From positions 34,285,504 through 34,349,503 of the forward strand of contig OZ037765.1 of assembly GCA_964035545.1 (NCBI GenBank): a stretch of 64,000 nt of DNA, read 5' to 3'. The stretch is from Bugula neritina. Its lineage: Eukaryota > Animalia > Bryozoa. Positions 35,429 to 49,500 of the stretch are shown in pieces; the stretch's first letter is position 1, and each line of letters starts with the position of its first letter. The notes under the pieces were generated by a model, which had not been told where the DNA came from, searched no databases, and worked only from the letters and a program-made list of their open reading frames with translations. The position numbers and the translations under genes are program-made.

Positions 35429-38400
35429 ATGGGTCAACGTAAATCTGTTCCTAGAGACGAATCAAGTTAGTAAATCATATAAACACTACGTAACCATGGT
35501 AACTACAGAACTTTTATATTTTACTTTTATGTGTTATGACATTCAGGTGCAGTAGTGGAGAAGTTGAGATAGCATAAGTTCTTTATTGTTCATAACAAAT
35601 TATACGTTGGGGTTTGGGTTTACATTGTCACGAGAACACAACTTCTTTTGCTACATTTCTGATCTAGAAACACATGCGATTTTCATTTCTTTACCCTGCA
35701 CTAATTAGGACCACAACTGAGTAATATTTTGCTGGTGTTTATTATATAATGTTATATATTATATAATATTATATACTGATTGTTAGTTATATAATGATTT
35801 AGCTTCGCCCATGTATTTCTATATACAGTGTTGAGTGAGATCTCTTCATTTAAATTCTCATGAGAACATAACTCCTTTTGTTACATTTATAATCTACAGT
35901 TTCATTACTTTGCACCTAGCTCTGTTTTCACCATAGCTGAATATTATATTGTTATAGTGTTTATATACTATAACTATTATGCTATAACTATTATACTATA
36001 ACTATTATGCTATAACTATTATACTATAACTATTATACTGTAACTATTATACTATAACTATTATACTATAACTATTATACTATAACTATTATACTGTAAC
36101 TATTATACTATAACTATTATACTATATCTATTATACTGACTTATATTATATTATATTGTATTATATTATATTATATTATATTATATTATATTGTATTGTA
36201 TTGTATTGTATTGTATTGTATTATATTGTATTATAATATATTATATTATATTATATTATAACATATACTGTACAGAAGTATAAACAACATGGCTACCCTT
36301 TCACCTGTCAGAATATCTCACAGGATGTATTTTGAAGAACTTATAAAATCTCCAAGTTTACTTAAACACTGTTTATAGTGTTGAGACACTCTATTATTTG
36401 ATATCAAAGTTATTATTTATAAAGTGGTGAATATTTTGTAGAGAAGTACTATGTGTGGTTCAACAAATCTAGAATAGATGGAGCTAATAATGAGTGGATG
36501 TGGAATGATATTAAATCCTACACTATAGAAAAGATCAAGAAGAAAAGTAGACATCATACAGTGACTCATGTTGTACTGAAGTATGACATTCCTCCAAATA
36601 TCAACACACTGTTTCCTCATCTCACACATCTGAGGGTATCTAGAGTATACAGGAATGCTGACTGGACCAGGTATTATGTTGTTATTATAATTTATAACTA
36701 TATTCATAAGTGAGATATTATCTTGTAGTAGAATGTGGAGTAATCTCCCCTCACAATAACACTATAGCTTTAGTAACAACTTTTGTATTATTTACCTTAT
36801 TTATTGTATTTCTATTTATGTTTCAATTTAAAGTGAGTTGCTGTCATTTAAACATAGTCTAAACATATAATGTATAATAGTATGTGATAATTATGTAGAA
36901 TTGAATATACTGTTACACCTGTATATAATTATTATGTTACAGCATATCTTCACTGAAGAATCTTGAGGTATTGAATATGTCATTCAGTGACTTATCTAAA
37001 GGTCTACCAAACAATATATGCAGATCCTTACCATCATTGAGAGAATTGTACATGGAGGTCTGTCAACTTCCAACTCTACCAAACAGGTGTATATTATATT
37101 ATACATTATGAAGTTATCTGCACTATCTTTATTGTGTCAACTAGACTCTGTGTATATTATACGTCACAAGTCAATTATTGTATTCTATTCTATTAGATAT
37201 ACTCAGATAGAAATGGTATAACAACTTCTCACTTACTCCTCTAATAAATTATTTTACTGTGTAACAGTTTATATTGGCACCAGGTATAAAATTTGTTATA
37301 ATATAAAATTATATCCATATAAGTTAGATACTCTCTTGTAGCTGATTGTAATGTGAAGCTATTATACATTTCTCTTTCTCTTTGAAATAACCTGAGTCTT
37401 AGTAGCAACTGCTGTATTATTTATCTGGCTCTTAGTGGTCAGATCAAGAGTTAAGTAAAACTAAATTATTCTTATTCAATAATAATACTTTTATATAGTA
37501 GGTCAACTTACTACCTTTTCGTTATGTTACAGCATATCTTCACTGAAGAATCTTGAGGTATTGAATATATCAGCGAATAAGCTATCTGAAGGTCTACCTG
37601 ACAATATATTCACATCCTTACTATCATTGAGAGAGTTGAACATGAAGTACTGTAAACTCCCAACTCTACCAAACAGGTGTGTATTATATTATAGTGTAGA
37701 ATGATACTGTAATATATATAATATATAAACATAAAGTCAATATAATTGTGTAGAAACTTATGACATAATATTTTACCATAATCAGAGTGATTTATAATAT
37801 TATAATTATGTCTATTATGAGATATATTATAATATTATACTGATATATATTATAATGTTATACTGAGATATATTATAATATAATACTGAGATATAATATA
37901 ATGTTATACTGAGATATATTATAATGTTATACTGAGATATAATATAATGTTATACTTATATATAATATAATATTATACTGAGATATATTATAATGTTATA
38001 CTGAGATATATTATAATGTTATACTGAGATATATTATAATATTATACTGCGATATATTGTAATAGTATAGTGAGATATATTATAATGTTATACTGAGATA
38101 TATTATAATGTTATACTGAGATATATTATAATATTATACTGAGATATAATATAATGTTATACTGAGATATAATCAGGGATGTAGTGGTACCCATACGGTC
38201 CCATACGCCGTATGGCCTAAAAGAAAATAGGCTGTTCTTGGCCATACGCCCGTATGGGCATATATTTTTTGAAAGTGTTAGCCTAGGGCCACACTGTGCG
38301 TGCGTGATAAATAAAGCTTTCATTTTTAAATCGCACTCCCTTTCAATAAAACGTAATTTACTGGAATTTAGCACTAAAATAAAGAAATTGGGCTCGCTTA

Positions 38401-41400
38401 ATAATACCAGGTGACGACGACAGAGACGATTCACACTTGCGTTGAAAATGCAGAGCGACAAGTGCGAATGTTTTCTCAACGCGCACAGTGGACACCTTTG
38501 CTACTTGTGATTTCAATTTTCGCATGCGAAAATACGCACCGTGTGGCCCTAGGCTTACTGATTAGTGCACAGGATAGTTAGGGCATCCTCACTGAGAACA
38601 TCATAAATTTCGCTCACAATATAGTTTAAGTTCTTGTTATGTTAATGCTATGTGGGTGGCATGCGTGTTGCCTACTTGTGATTGTTTAGCCTGAGATTAC
38701 ACTATGAATAATAAGCAGCTATCAACATTCCATCTTCTCATCTCTACGTATTCATTGAAGCGCGAAGTGCTGCGCATTAGTGATTACTAAGGAAAAAATA
38801 TTTCATTTTCAGTGTATAAATCACTAATTTGTAGAAAGTCTATGAAGGCTATTGAAAAGATAAAAAAGTTTGCTATGCATAAATTTCTCAGGTTTTCGAC
38901 AGTGTTTGTTTTATTCGAATACTATGCTTTCCTGCTGAGATATTTGGCAGGGATTGAAAAATAAACTTTTCAGGTAAAATTGCCCAAAATAGTAGATTTT
39001 TGTCTATAACCTTGCAAAAAAAATATTGAAAATTCGAAAAATCAGGTGCTCTGAGGAACAGGAAGATCTAAAACATAGTTTTTAAATTTTAATTCTAGCA
39101 CAATTAAGTACGGTTTTATTTGGCGGGACTGAATTCTTATAATATACCAATAATGTGGCCTCAGCAAGGCAGTGTCAGCTAGAAAGTTGCCATTATTTAT
39201 CTTGTGTGGACTTGCATTTTGTCAATAAGCAATGAAATTTGGAAAAAAACCAACATGAAATCCAGAAATAAAATCAAAATGTCTTCAGGAAACAATACCA
39301 GGTGTGTAGGAGAGGTTAATGAAAATTTATCACTGAGGTCTACAGGTCTATATCCACATTTTGGTTGCGTTATTCCATGTTAATTATCAATGCAATGAGG
39401 TTTTGCAAACTATACACCACCATAAGTAGGTAACCTTTTATGTTTGATTGTACTAACGTTTGGCTTTACATTTAATCATCTTCTAGGTTAACACATATTG
39501 AACCTGTCAAATTTGTTCTTTTGGGTATATTTCCTTGATGTGTCTAGTGGAAGCTCAGGGGTTTTACTTTAAAACCAAGTTAACATACTCTTCTTTGGTG
39601 TGCTTTATTGTGTGAAAGGAGGTGCGGTGGTATCTCCTTATGGATTAGACTAGTAGGCTATACTCTAATAAACTCCAACTAGGTTTTCAACCAATTTCTG
39701 CTTGCCAATGAGTTATCAATTCAAATTGCTCTTTATAAATAACCAACACACATTTTCTGATTTGCAATCTTCCTCTGTTCTGTTCTATTATTCTTTTTCT
39801 GTGCACGGCAGTGTATTGGTTATTTAAAGTAATCAGGTTGCATTTGGAGAGCACTTGTTACCTGTCTCTATCCTTCCATCTTTTTGAGATCTTCAGCAAT
39901 TTTTCTGTACAGGTTGGACTTAGTGTCAGTTGAGTAAGACTACATTTAAAATTACAGTCAACAGGTATGGGACAATACTGAATATTTATATAGTTTGCAG
40001 CGATGCCCAGTCGTCATGTAGCTGGTATGGTATGAAAATAATAGTGAGGTGCACATTTCAACACAGATTTTTTTCAGAAGAATTAGAATTCACAATGGCT
40101 TTAAATTGCATAAATTTGCATCAGAAGCGCTCTGAGGGCTTCGGCGGCCGGGGCACTGCCCCGGACCCCGCCGGGGGCCTGGGCGGCCCCCTGGACCCCC
40201 GGCCTGAGAGTATGGCCTAGAACATTTTTGCCACTACATCCCTGGATATAATATAATATTATACTGAGATATATTATAATGTTATACTGAGATATATTAT
40301 AATATTATACTGATATATAATATAATGTTATACTGAGATATAATATAATATTATACTGAGAAATATTATAATGTTATACTGAGATATATTATAATATTAT
40401 ACTGAGATATAATATAATGTCAATCCATAGTTACTGTGTGATGCATTGTATCATTTACCTGCTCCAACTTGTATCAAACACCACGGAGTATAACTCCTAA
40501 CAGCTATAAAATCTATGTACACAAAGCTATAAATATAGTTGCAGAATCCTATATATTCATTATAATAGTATATATTAGAGAGTATATTATATAATTATAT
40601 TATTTATTTTCATATCAAAGCAGTATTTGTTTTTCTTTCAGCATACAGAATCTACAGAAGTTAGAGAGACTGAACATATCAGAGAATAACTTCACCAGTT
40701 TACCATCTCCTGTGTACACACTGAGTAGTCTGCAGAAACTGTATATATCCTCCAATAAGTCCCTGACATCCTTAGATCCTAGGATATTACAGCTAACTCA
40801 ACTTCATACACTGCATGTGTCTGGTTGTAATGCTCTCACATCTCCTCCACTAGAAGTATGTGAGAGAGGAGTAGATGCTGTGAGACAATATTACACAGAC
40901 TTGGCTAAAGGTGCTGGTAGAAGTCTACCATTTGCTACTGTCGCTGTGCTGGGTAATACGATGGCCGGAAAGACCAGTCTAATCAGAACATTACAGAATG
41001 CTGACAGAAAGAGAGTTCTGACCGACAGAGGACCAGATGCTGTGAGAGATGAGACAACAAAGGTGTTTAATGTTGAAGAAGTGGAGGTGGATGGTACAGT
41101 ACTCCGTGTCATTGATATGGGAGGCCAGGAGGTCTACCATATTACCTATCAACTGACACTGAGACAGAACTGTATTCCAGTCATAGTAGTCAACATGAAA
41201 CAGTACGAAGAGGTTTCAAATGAATCAACACACAGAGAAGCTGTTAAAAGATTAGCCTTTAATTACATGTCTCACCTTTATCTGGCTAACCCGACCCTGG
41301 GTGCTCCAAAACTTATCATCACACATAAAGATAAGTTTCAAAATGTAGAATTTCAGGAGCTTCGAACAAACTTTCTAGACACTTCCAATCAGCTGTGTGA

Positions 41401-44400
41401 GGAAATGATTAAAGAAGAGAAAGCATTGGGTGGAGAATTTGCTCAAATCAAACATTTTAGTGAATCAACTGAAGGAGTCTTTCTTGGTGAAGACATTTAT
41501 GAGGTGGGGAAAGATGATAAGTATGAAGTGTTTGACCTGATCAAGTTGTCTCTTCTTCAAAGCAGTCACAATTTTGTGAAACCATTACCTTTGGTCTGGG
41601 AGGAAGTAAATGAAAAAGTGCTGTCTATTCCCTCTGTGTACAGCACCTTTGATGAGATACTGAAATACGTGCAAACCGAACTTCGACAAATTGAGTCGAG
41701 TCAGCTGGATATAATCCTCACATACATGCATGACTGCGGCAGAGTCTTGTGGTATAAAGATATCAGCTCTCTCCGGCCATACATATTCCACAAGATTTCA
41801 CAGGTCACCAAACTTCTCTGTGTCTTGTATCATCATGATGCTAACATATGGCAGAGTAGAGTTGACAAGTTCCAGCCATATTTTTCAGCAGATGGGATGC
41901 CTGTTGAAAAAGAAGACTTTGAAAGATTTGTCAATCATTTCACTGAGACTGGTTTGATGATGCAATGCCTTCTCACTCATCTGGTTAAACAAGAAACACC
42001 ATTTACTGGTCTGGAAGATGTAAAAGTTGCTGTTTGCTTGCTCCTCACATTCCGTTTGTTATATGGTCCTTTACCTGCTGATTCCAAGGAGCCCTGTTTT
42101 ATTGTTCCTCAGTTTGCTAATGACCTCTTTAATACCTCTCACTCCTCGCCAAAGAATATGCTCCTTCGAGTTGAAACCCAATTCAATGGCTTAGCGCTAC
42201 CACAATATGTCTACCAGCAGATGAATGTTGGTTTGCTAGAGTTGTTTTCCGATGAATTTGCTGTGATTAAAGTGAAGAAAAATGGCGCCAATGTCTATCA
42301 AGATGGAATCTACACACAGCTGGTACACGACTACAAATCTAGAAAAGTGTCACTCCACGTGTCATCTAATGCTGCCAACATCAGCAGAATGTGGGAGAGA
42401 CTCATCACCACCAACAACAACATCCTTAGACATGTTCTACAAACTTGGACAGCCAGTAGACCAGTCACTACATGCTACTGTGCTCACTGTCTTCTGCTAG
42501 GAGCTCCTTGTGCTAAGAAAGTGCTGAATCCTCCATGGTGTCTTCGTTCCTTGAAACATTCCACACCACCTCCGAAAATGTGTAGCGGGTCTTCAATAAC
42601 CCTGTGTGGCGATGAGGAGATTCCAAGTGCTCTTTTGTATCCATGTACGTCTAATTTTACTTCATACAAAATAGTTGGTTTCTCTGTTCTTTATTTATCA
42701 ACTTTTATTATTATAATAATTTTTGTGGTAATTGACGATGTTTCATTTTCCAGGCAGCCCTCTATCTCCAGAAGAAGCTGATAACATAAAAGAATGTGTC
42801 AACAAACTGAGATCTGCAAGAGAAGAGACTGCTTCAACTGTTTCTGGTAGGATCAGTTGTCTATCATAAACTGTTACTGTTAGAAGTAACATCCTCTGCC
42901 TGAGCTCAGTCACATGTAAACAGCAAAGGACAAGAACTCATGACCCTTAGTTATATAGGCTCTCTGCAAAAGCTCACACACCTTCAATTGTTTTAATTTA
43001 TTTGTATAATTATTGACAGAAAAACACTCAAGTATTGATTCTGTTCATTTTTTATAGTCTTTTTGATACTTAGTTTCTGTTACTTAGCACTGAATATATC
43101 ACCTTTTGTTTTCTTTTAGAGATAGGTGGAGAAAAGAGTTTGTTAACTCAAACTACTTCAGTCCTTGTTGAAAACGACAACATCAGTGAATGCTCTGATG
43201 TTGAAGAAGAAGGATATGCTGATTTCACTAAAGATGACCTTGAACCTATTATATCTCAGGTTGAGGGTATGCAACTGAAACCTACCAACAATGAACCAGT
43301 GAAACACCTGTTTGACAACCACAAACAGGTAAAACAAGTTTTTCTTATTCATTTTTAGACCATTGATTAATATTTTTTGATATTGCGGCTCTTCATTTAT
43401 TTTCTAATAAATATCATATTTGATTTTATTAATCCATTTTCAGTTGTCTATACTCTTAGTAAGATAAATTTGATTGGTTTGCAGGTTTACGCGATGAGTG
43501 ACCCTGTTAGAGGTCGTGTCATGATCATAAACAATGAGAGATTCTTTAGAGATGATGGCAGTGAACTGACTAAAGTAACTCGAGATGGTTCATACATCGA
43601 CTATGTTAATATCAAAACTTTGTTGAAAGACATGGGATTTGTTGTAGCCAATGAAGATGATCCTCTGTTTGACCTGAGTAAACAGGTTACTGTATCAATT
43701 TCTTATCTTTTCCTGTAGTTTATCCTCCCCAGGCTATAGCTAGCGGTGATATATAGCAAGTATTTTTACTGCAGAACGGAGGCATTGCATTCCAACAAAT
43801 CTACAATAATATGTTGTTAACTTGTATTCAGGTTGTTTGTTTTTCTCAGTTCTGAATTTTAGTTTAGAAACAGCAGCACTACTTAATAGTTTATCTTTGT
43901 GATAAATATTTCAATATAACTTTGAAGCAGCTTTGGCTTTCGCGTAGACACATTTACTTATTCAAACTTGTTTTTACACACCATTATATACTTTTATTTT
44001 ACCAGGAGCTATTATCAGAAGTGAGGAAGGAGACCACCCACAGAGACCGCAAAAATCTTGGCATGTTCATTCTAGTCATCATGTCACATGGAACTTCTGG
44101 AAACATCTTCTATGACAAATACTGTAAACCTGTCAACTTGTCAGAAGTCAAAGATTTACTCTCAGCTAGTAAATTTCCTGCCATGAGAGGAAAACCCAAA
44201 CTCATCATCTTCCATGCCTGTTCTGGCAGTGAGTAATGCAGAGTTGTTCCTCATTTTACTAGAACTAGCAGTTAGATTGCATAATTTCCTATAACTATAA
44301 CATTAATTAATTTGAGAAATCATTATTTTCAAGATGCCTGATGTTATTGGAGTATGCCTATGTGGAAGTGAGCTACACCTCATAACTGGAATCCAATAAC

Positions 44401-45209
44401 CAGTGCTGTGTAATAGAGTTCTGCTTGTGAATCCAGTCCTAACTTATTACTCACCATCATACCACAGAGTCTACATTGTATGTATTTTATATACAGGCCG
44501 AATTGACTTTGGTAATGCTGCACAGTCACAAAGCCCAGACACCGCCTCACCACCAACACCAACCCCTCTACCCTCATCTTCTGCAACAGCTGGGAGTGAG
44601 TCTTCTGCAGGTCAACATGTGTCTCCAAATATTCACTTTGATAGATTCACTCACCTAGATGCTGATGACTTCTACATTGTGAAGCCAAGTACAGAAAGTT
44701 AGTGGGAAGAAAATTATATTTGAGTTGACTGAAACTTTTATTGGTACAAATTAAATTGTTGCAAGTCAATAAACCTATTACAAACTTTAAATAGAACTAT
44801 TACACATATCAATTTTACATCCATATTTAACTGCTCATTTTTATGTGTTACAGCTTACAAGGCTGGCAGGAATGAGAATTATGGTACCTGGTTTATCAGA
44901 ATACTGGTGGCTACATTCTACAGACACAGCTGTCACAGAGATGTCAGTGAGCTGTTTAGGATAGTAAGTACTTCAGTATTACTCTTTGTATGATACTGTG
45001 GAGTGTGTTGAGTCATCAGCTTTATATTTCTCTTCTATTTATACTTACAGATACAAGACAGAGTTAGACGAGTCAGTATTGCATATTGTAAGAAGACAGG
45101 AGATGAAGCAGCTGGTGGTAATGTACCTAATTGTCAGGAATGTACTTTCACTCACCTCAGAAAACTTTTCTTCTTTCCAAAGTTCCATGGCAAACAACTC
45201 CCACAGTGA
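35429..45209 (+). CDS. LRR-Roc-COR-caspase fusion gene, copy 2 (12 coding exons, ~1250 aa)
   Basis: Exons 35429-35465, 36442-36670, 36943-37086, 37533-37676, 40642-42644, 42754-42846, 43120-43328, 43485-43685, 44006-44228, 44497-44697, 44854-44963, 45051-45209; 3753 nt, open frame, same splice sites as copy 1. Confidence 0.85.
36943..37086 (+). CDS. Copy 2 LRR cassette exon a
   Basis: 144 nt; nearly identical to copy 1 cassette 1. Confidence 0.85.
37533..37676 (+). CDS. Copy 2 LRR cassette exon b
   Basis: 144 nt; ISSLKNLEVLNISANKLSEGLPDNIFTSLLSLRELNMKYCKLPTLPN. Confidence 0.85.
38174..40244. mobile_element. Non-autonomous hAT DNA transposon
   Basis: Perfect 14-bp TIR CAGGGATGTAGTGG / CCACTACATCCCTG and 8-bp TSD GATATAAT (38166-38173, 40245-40252). 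Confidence 0.88.
38281..38554. mobile_element. PIF/Harbinger-like MITE nested in the hAT element
   Basis: 21-bp TIR GCCTAGGGCCACAC(T/G)GTGCGT with one mismatch; TTA TSD. Confidence 0.8.
40642..42644 (+). CDS. Copy 2 large LRR-Roc-COR exon
   Basis: Overlaps ORF 40712-42781; same G motifs as copy 1; one codon shorter. Confidence 0.92.
43485..45209 (+). CDS. Copy 2 caspase exons (p20, linker, p10)
   Basis: SHG (His 44087-44089), HACSG (Cys 44219-44221), GTWFI, LRKLFFFP. Confidence 0.9.
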
Positions 45210-45599
45210 GTGACGTCTGCAGCGCATCACGTGTTCACATGCAGCAGACACAGACCTGCCATATTAGCTAGACACTTGCAGCTGCTAGACAGACTTGTCA
45301 TACGTTGTTATACGTGCATTTTAGTTTTACCAATTTATTTGTAAACAGTTGATATGCGTTATCACATATTGGTGATCAGTAACTCTTCCATACTGTAAGA
45401 CCTGATCAATATCTGTTGTAGTTAAACACTGACAGACTGTAGCAGTATTTTAACTTCTACTGTAACTGAAACCTCAGTGATCAGCCAATCAATATATAGT
45501 TGTGGTTTATTGTTAGTTTGTGGTTTTAATGATTTCTTTTAGTTGCCACTTACGAAGTTTTTATATCAAAAGTGATTGTATGTTTTTATAAATATATAT

Positions 45600-45998
45600 T
45601 ATATCTACCCCGTACACTATACTATATCTACTCTATACTATACTATATCTACTCTATACTATACTATATCTACTCTATATACTATACTATATCTACTCTA
45701 TATACTATACTATATCTACTCTATACTATACTATATCTACTCTATACACTATACTATATCTACTCTATACTATACTATATCTACTCTATACTATACTATA
45801 TCTACTCTATATACTATACTATATCTACTCTATACACTATACTATATCTACTCTATACACTATACTATATCTACCCTATACACTATACTATATCTACTCT
45901 ATACACTATACTATATCTACTCTATACACTATACTATATCTACTCTATACACTATAATATATCTACTCTATACACTATACTATATCTACTCTATACCA
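45600..45998. repeat. 23/18-bp satellite at the unit B/C junction
   Basis: Seen directly. Confidence 0.95.
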
Positions 45999-46556
45999 TA
46001 TAGCGCGGGCTACTGAAAGGAAATATTTCATGGCGAGGGCCACATTGTAAATTTTAGCTTCGGCTGGGGGCCACAGCATCAGTAATTTGAAATAGTTACT
46101 TTAGTTCAAATGCCTGTGAGTCATTACACAATGAAGTCCCAATAATTAGGTACTGCAAGGTGCGTGTCTCTAGCATATATAAAAATGGAGCATTTAAAAG
46201 GCGGGTGTCCACTCGAATTCATATACCTGTGCAAATAATTTTATCTGTCAAGTTTTTGAGGGTCACATAAATGTCAGCGGGAGAGGGGGGCACATCCGGA
46301 GCCACCTGTTGGACAGCCCTGTTTTAGGCAACAAGCAATGAATGTTTTAGGAGTTGTATTCCTTTCAAGCAAACATTTACTTTGCTTCAGGTATGGTTTT
46401 CAACAAAAATTATAGCATTCAAGTTATATATGAAAGCACGTCTTTTTAAAAAAAATTCATTGGTGAATTTGACTATAAAACCTGAATTTGTGAATCATTC
46501 TAGTAAGCGAACGACAGGATAAAAACACTACCTATGCAGTTCCGGCGTAAAAAGTC

Positions 46557-49500
46557 ATGGCTGCTACCAGTAAAACAACCGCAACTACAATAAATGATAC
46601 TTGGGCCATTGCTTCCTTTGCAAAGGCGAATGAATTTTTGGGATTTTCTTCATTTGACACTAGCAATGTTATTTTGACAAATAGGCAGTCTATGTCAATA
46701 TATAAGGTAGTATATTTCGTTTTCTGTAATGCCAATTTGAGGATTTTTTATAAACATAATAAAATTAATGTTGTACTTGTTGTACTAGTACTAGTTGTAG
46801 TACAGTGCTACTAGACACTAGTATAAGTATAACTACAACCAGTAGTAGTTATAGTAGTATTAGTACTACTACAACTACTAGTAGCACTAATAGTACTACT
46901 ACTAGTACTAAACGGCTAAAACGCTAAAACGGTAACCTGGTTACTGTTTTAGCGTTTAGTACTAGTACTAGTAGTAGTACTAACTAGTGCCCGGTCCAGA
47001 GGCAGCAGACGTTGTAGTAGTACTACTACTAGTACTAGTGGTAGACTGGTAGGACCTGTACTTTGACTTGCAGTAAAACTAAAAGTCATACTTATTACGT
47101 AGTTACACTTGACTTTAAATTTCAGTTTTTTTGCTTTTAGTTTTAGTGTTCATAGTACTAGTACAACTACTACTTAATCTAGTTTATTTTTTAACAGTAG
47201 CAGTAACTGGCTAACTCTAGTAACTTAAACTGGTGTGAGTATATCTAAACTAAGATTAGTAAAAACACAACTTTAGTTAGTTACTGTATCACGAACTATC
47301 AGTTAGAGTCTACTTCATGACTTGTATTTGAACGAATAGTGATAATCACAGTATGAATAACTCCATAACTAATAACTATAAGCGAAGCTAAGTTAAAGTG
47401 TTTTAGTAAAATGAAATAACAATTTACTCTTAGTGACTAAACACTCGGTCAAAGTCATTCACGGTCGCTAAAAAGTGAAATGTGCTATAATAGTAAAGTC
47501 AATTCGGCATAGGGCTAATGCAGCTCTTACTGACGCCGAATCAAACAGTTATTAATTATTATGATAATCGATGTAAACACACAGGAACTTTTTCAACCTG
47601 ATTTTGAATTGACTAATTCGTAATAACTATAAGTATTGGATTAAATCAGTTGATACTTGCATTTTAATTAGGCCTAAGCCTTTCGGTGAATGGCACTGAG
47701 TTCTAATAAATATTTAAAGTAAATTTCAGTGATAACTATTGATTATTAGCATGTGATGACACACATTTACTAACTTAGCCTTTAATTACTTTAAAATTTA
47801 TTTTATTCATACTCAGTCATTGAGTGATTAGCATAAATCAACCATTGTAGTTCAATTCTGAATCATACTCAATGACAATAGCCTTTATGTTTTTGCTAAA
47901 CTAAATCTAAATGGCCTTAAAATTTATGCTATGATGAGTTGTTTGTATCGCTTTTAAAATGATCTTATAATTTTGCTATTGAGTTGAGAAAATAAATTTA
48001 GTTATTTCAGAGTTTCGCCGGCCTGAATGAGTATTCTCTGCAGTACAGCCTCTTTCTCATATAGTTCACTGTGGAATAAATAATTACTGAAAGTAATAAT
48101 TACTCTACATGTGTTTATATGCTTCATTCATGAGAGTAGTTCTCTGTTTAGAATATTATTAAATACTAGAGTTTGAGTTGTGATGAACTTAGGTGAGTGA
48201 TCAGCAGACAGTATCAAGTTGTACTCTCCAATCAGAGAGTAGTTTCTGTCTGCCTGTGGTTTATGATCACGAAGAAGAACATTATGTTGGTTTGGTTGAG
48301 AATCTTGGAAAGAAGAGACTTTGTGTCTGGACAAATGAACTTTCTAACTACAAGGACTGGAAGAAGAAACTGGTAAATCTCTCACTTTGAATATTTCACT
48401 TGTTTTGTGATTTATAAGATAATATGTTTACAATAACACAATTTGTTGGTCATTTGGTGGAGTATATTTATAACATTGGAAATGTTGAAGTGGTGAGAAT
48501 AGAATATGGAGAATGATAACCTAATGATGGTTGGTTCATAATACAAGTGTAACTGTTGTAGTTATCAACTGAGGTGACTGAACTGGTAGAAGTAGAGAAG
48601 ACAGAACCACTGGTGGTCACATCTAATAACTGTGTGTGCTGGTTGTCTCATGTGGAGGACACTTCACTGTCTGTCCATATGCTGGCTCCAGATCTGAGAT
48701 CAGTCAGTTTAAAAGTTACAGTTGGAGTAATAGAACTGAGATTGTCTACATTGTGACTGTTGATGTGAGTATCACAATGTGTCAGTATGGTGTCACAATG
48801 TGTCAGTAAAGCGTTACAATGTGTCAGTATGGTGTCACAATGTGTCAGTATGGTGTCACAATGTCTCAGTAGAGTGTCACAGTAGAGTGACACAGTAAAG
48901 TGTCACAGTAGAGTGTCACAGTAGAGTGTCACGGTAGAGTGTCACAGTAGAGTGTCACAGTAGAGTGTCACAGTAGAGTGTCACAGTTGAGTGTCGCAGT
49001 AGAGTGTCACAGTAGAGTGTCACAGTAGAGTGACACAGTAGAGTGTCACAGTAGAGTGTCACAGTAGAGTGTCACAGTAGAGTGTCACAGTAGAGTGTCA
49101 CAGTAGAGTGACACAGTAAAGTGTCACGGTAGAGTGTCACGGTAGAGTGTCACGGTAGAGTGTCACAGTAGAGTGTCACAGTAGAGTGTCACAGTTGTTG
49201 ACATGCATCATAATCATTGCTGTTGAAATATCTACAGTTTCTGTTGTGTTATTTCAGGGACGACACCTTGTATATAAGTTACAGTTCAACGACAAGCAGG
49301 TGTTTGGCAAGTCTACGCGGGTGTTTCTCAACTACACAGATGTGACATCAGTGTGTAGAGTTGTCCCTCATGCTGAGTCTAATTACATTGCTACTAGTGA
49401 GTCTGATACTATTTAATATATACTATGTCTCTGTATGACGTCACCTTTACAATAACCAGTTTATCTGAAATACTCTATACAGGTGGTAAGGGTGAGATAC

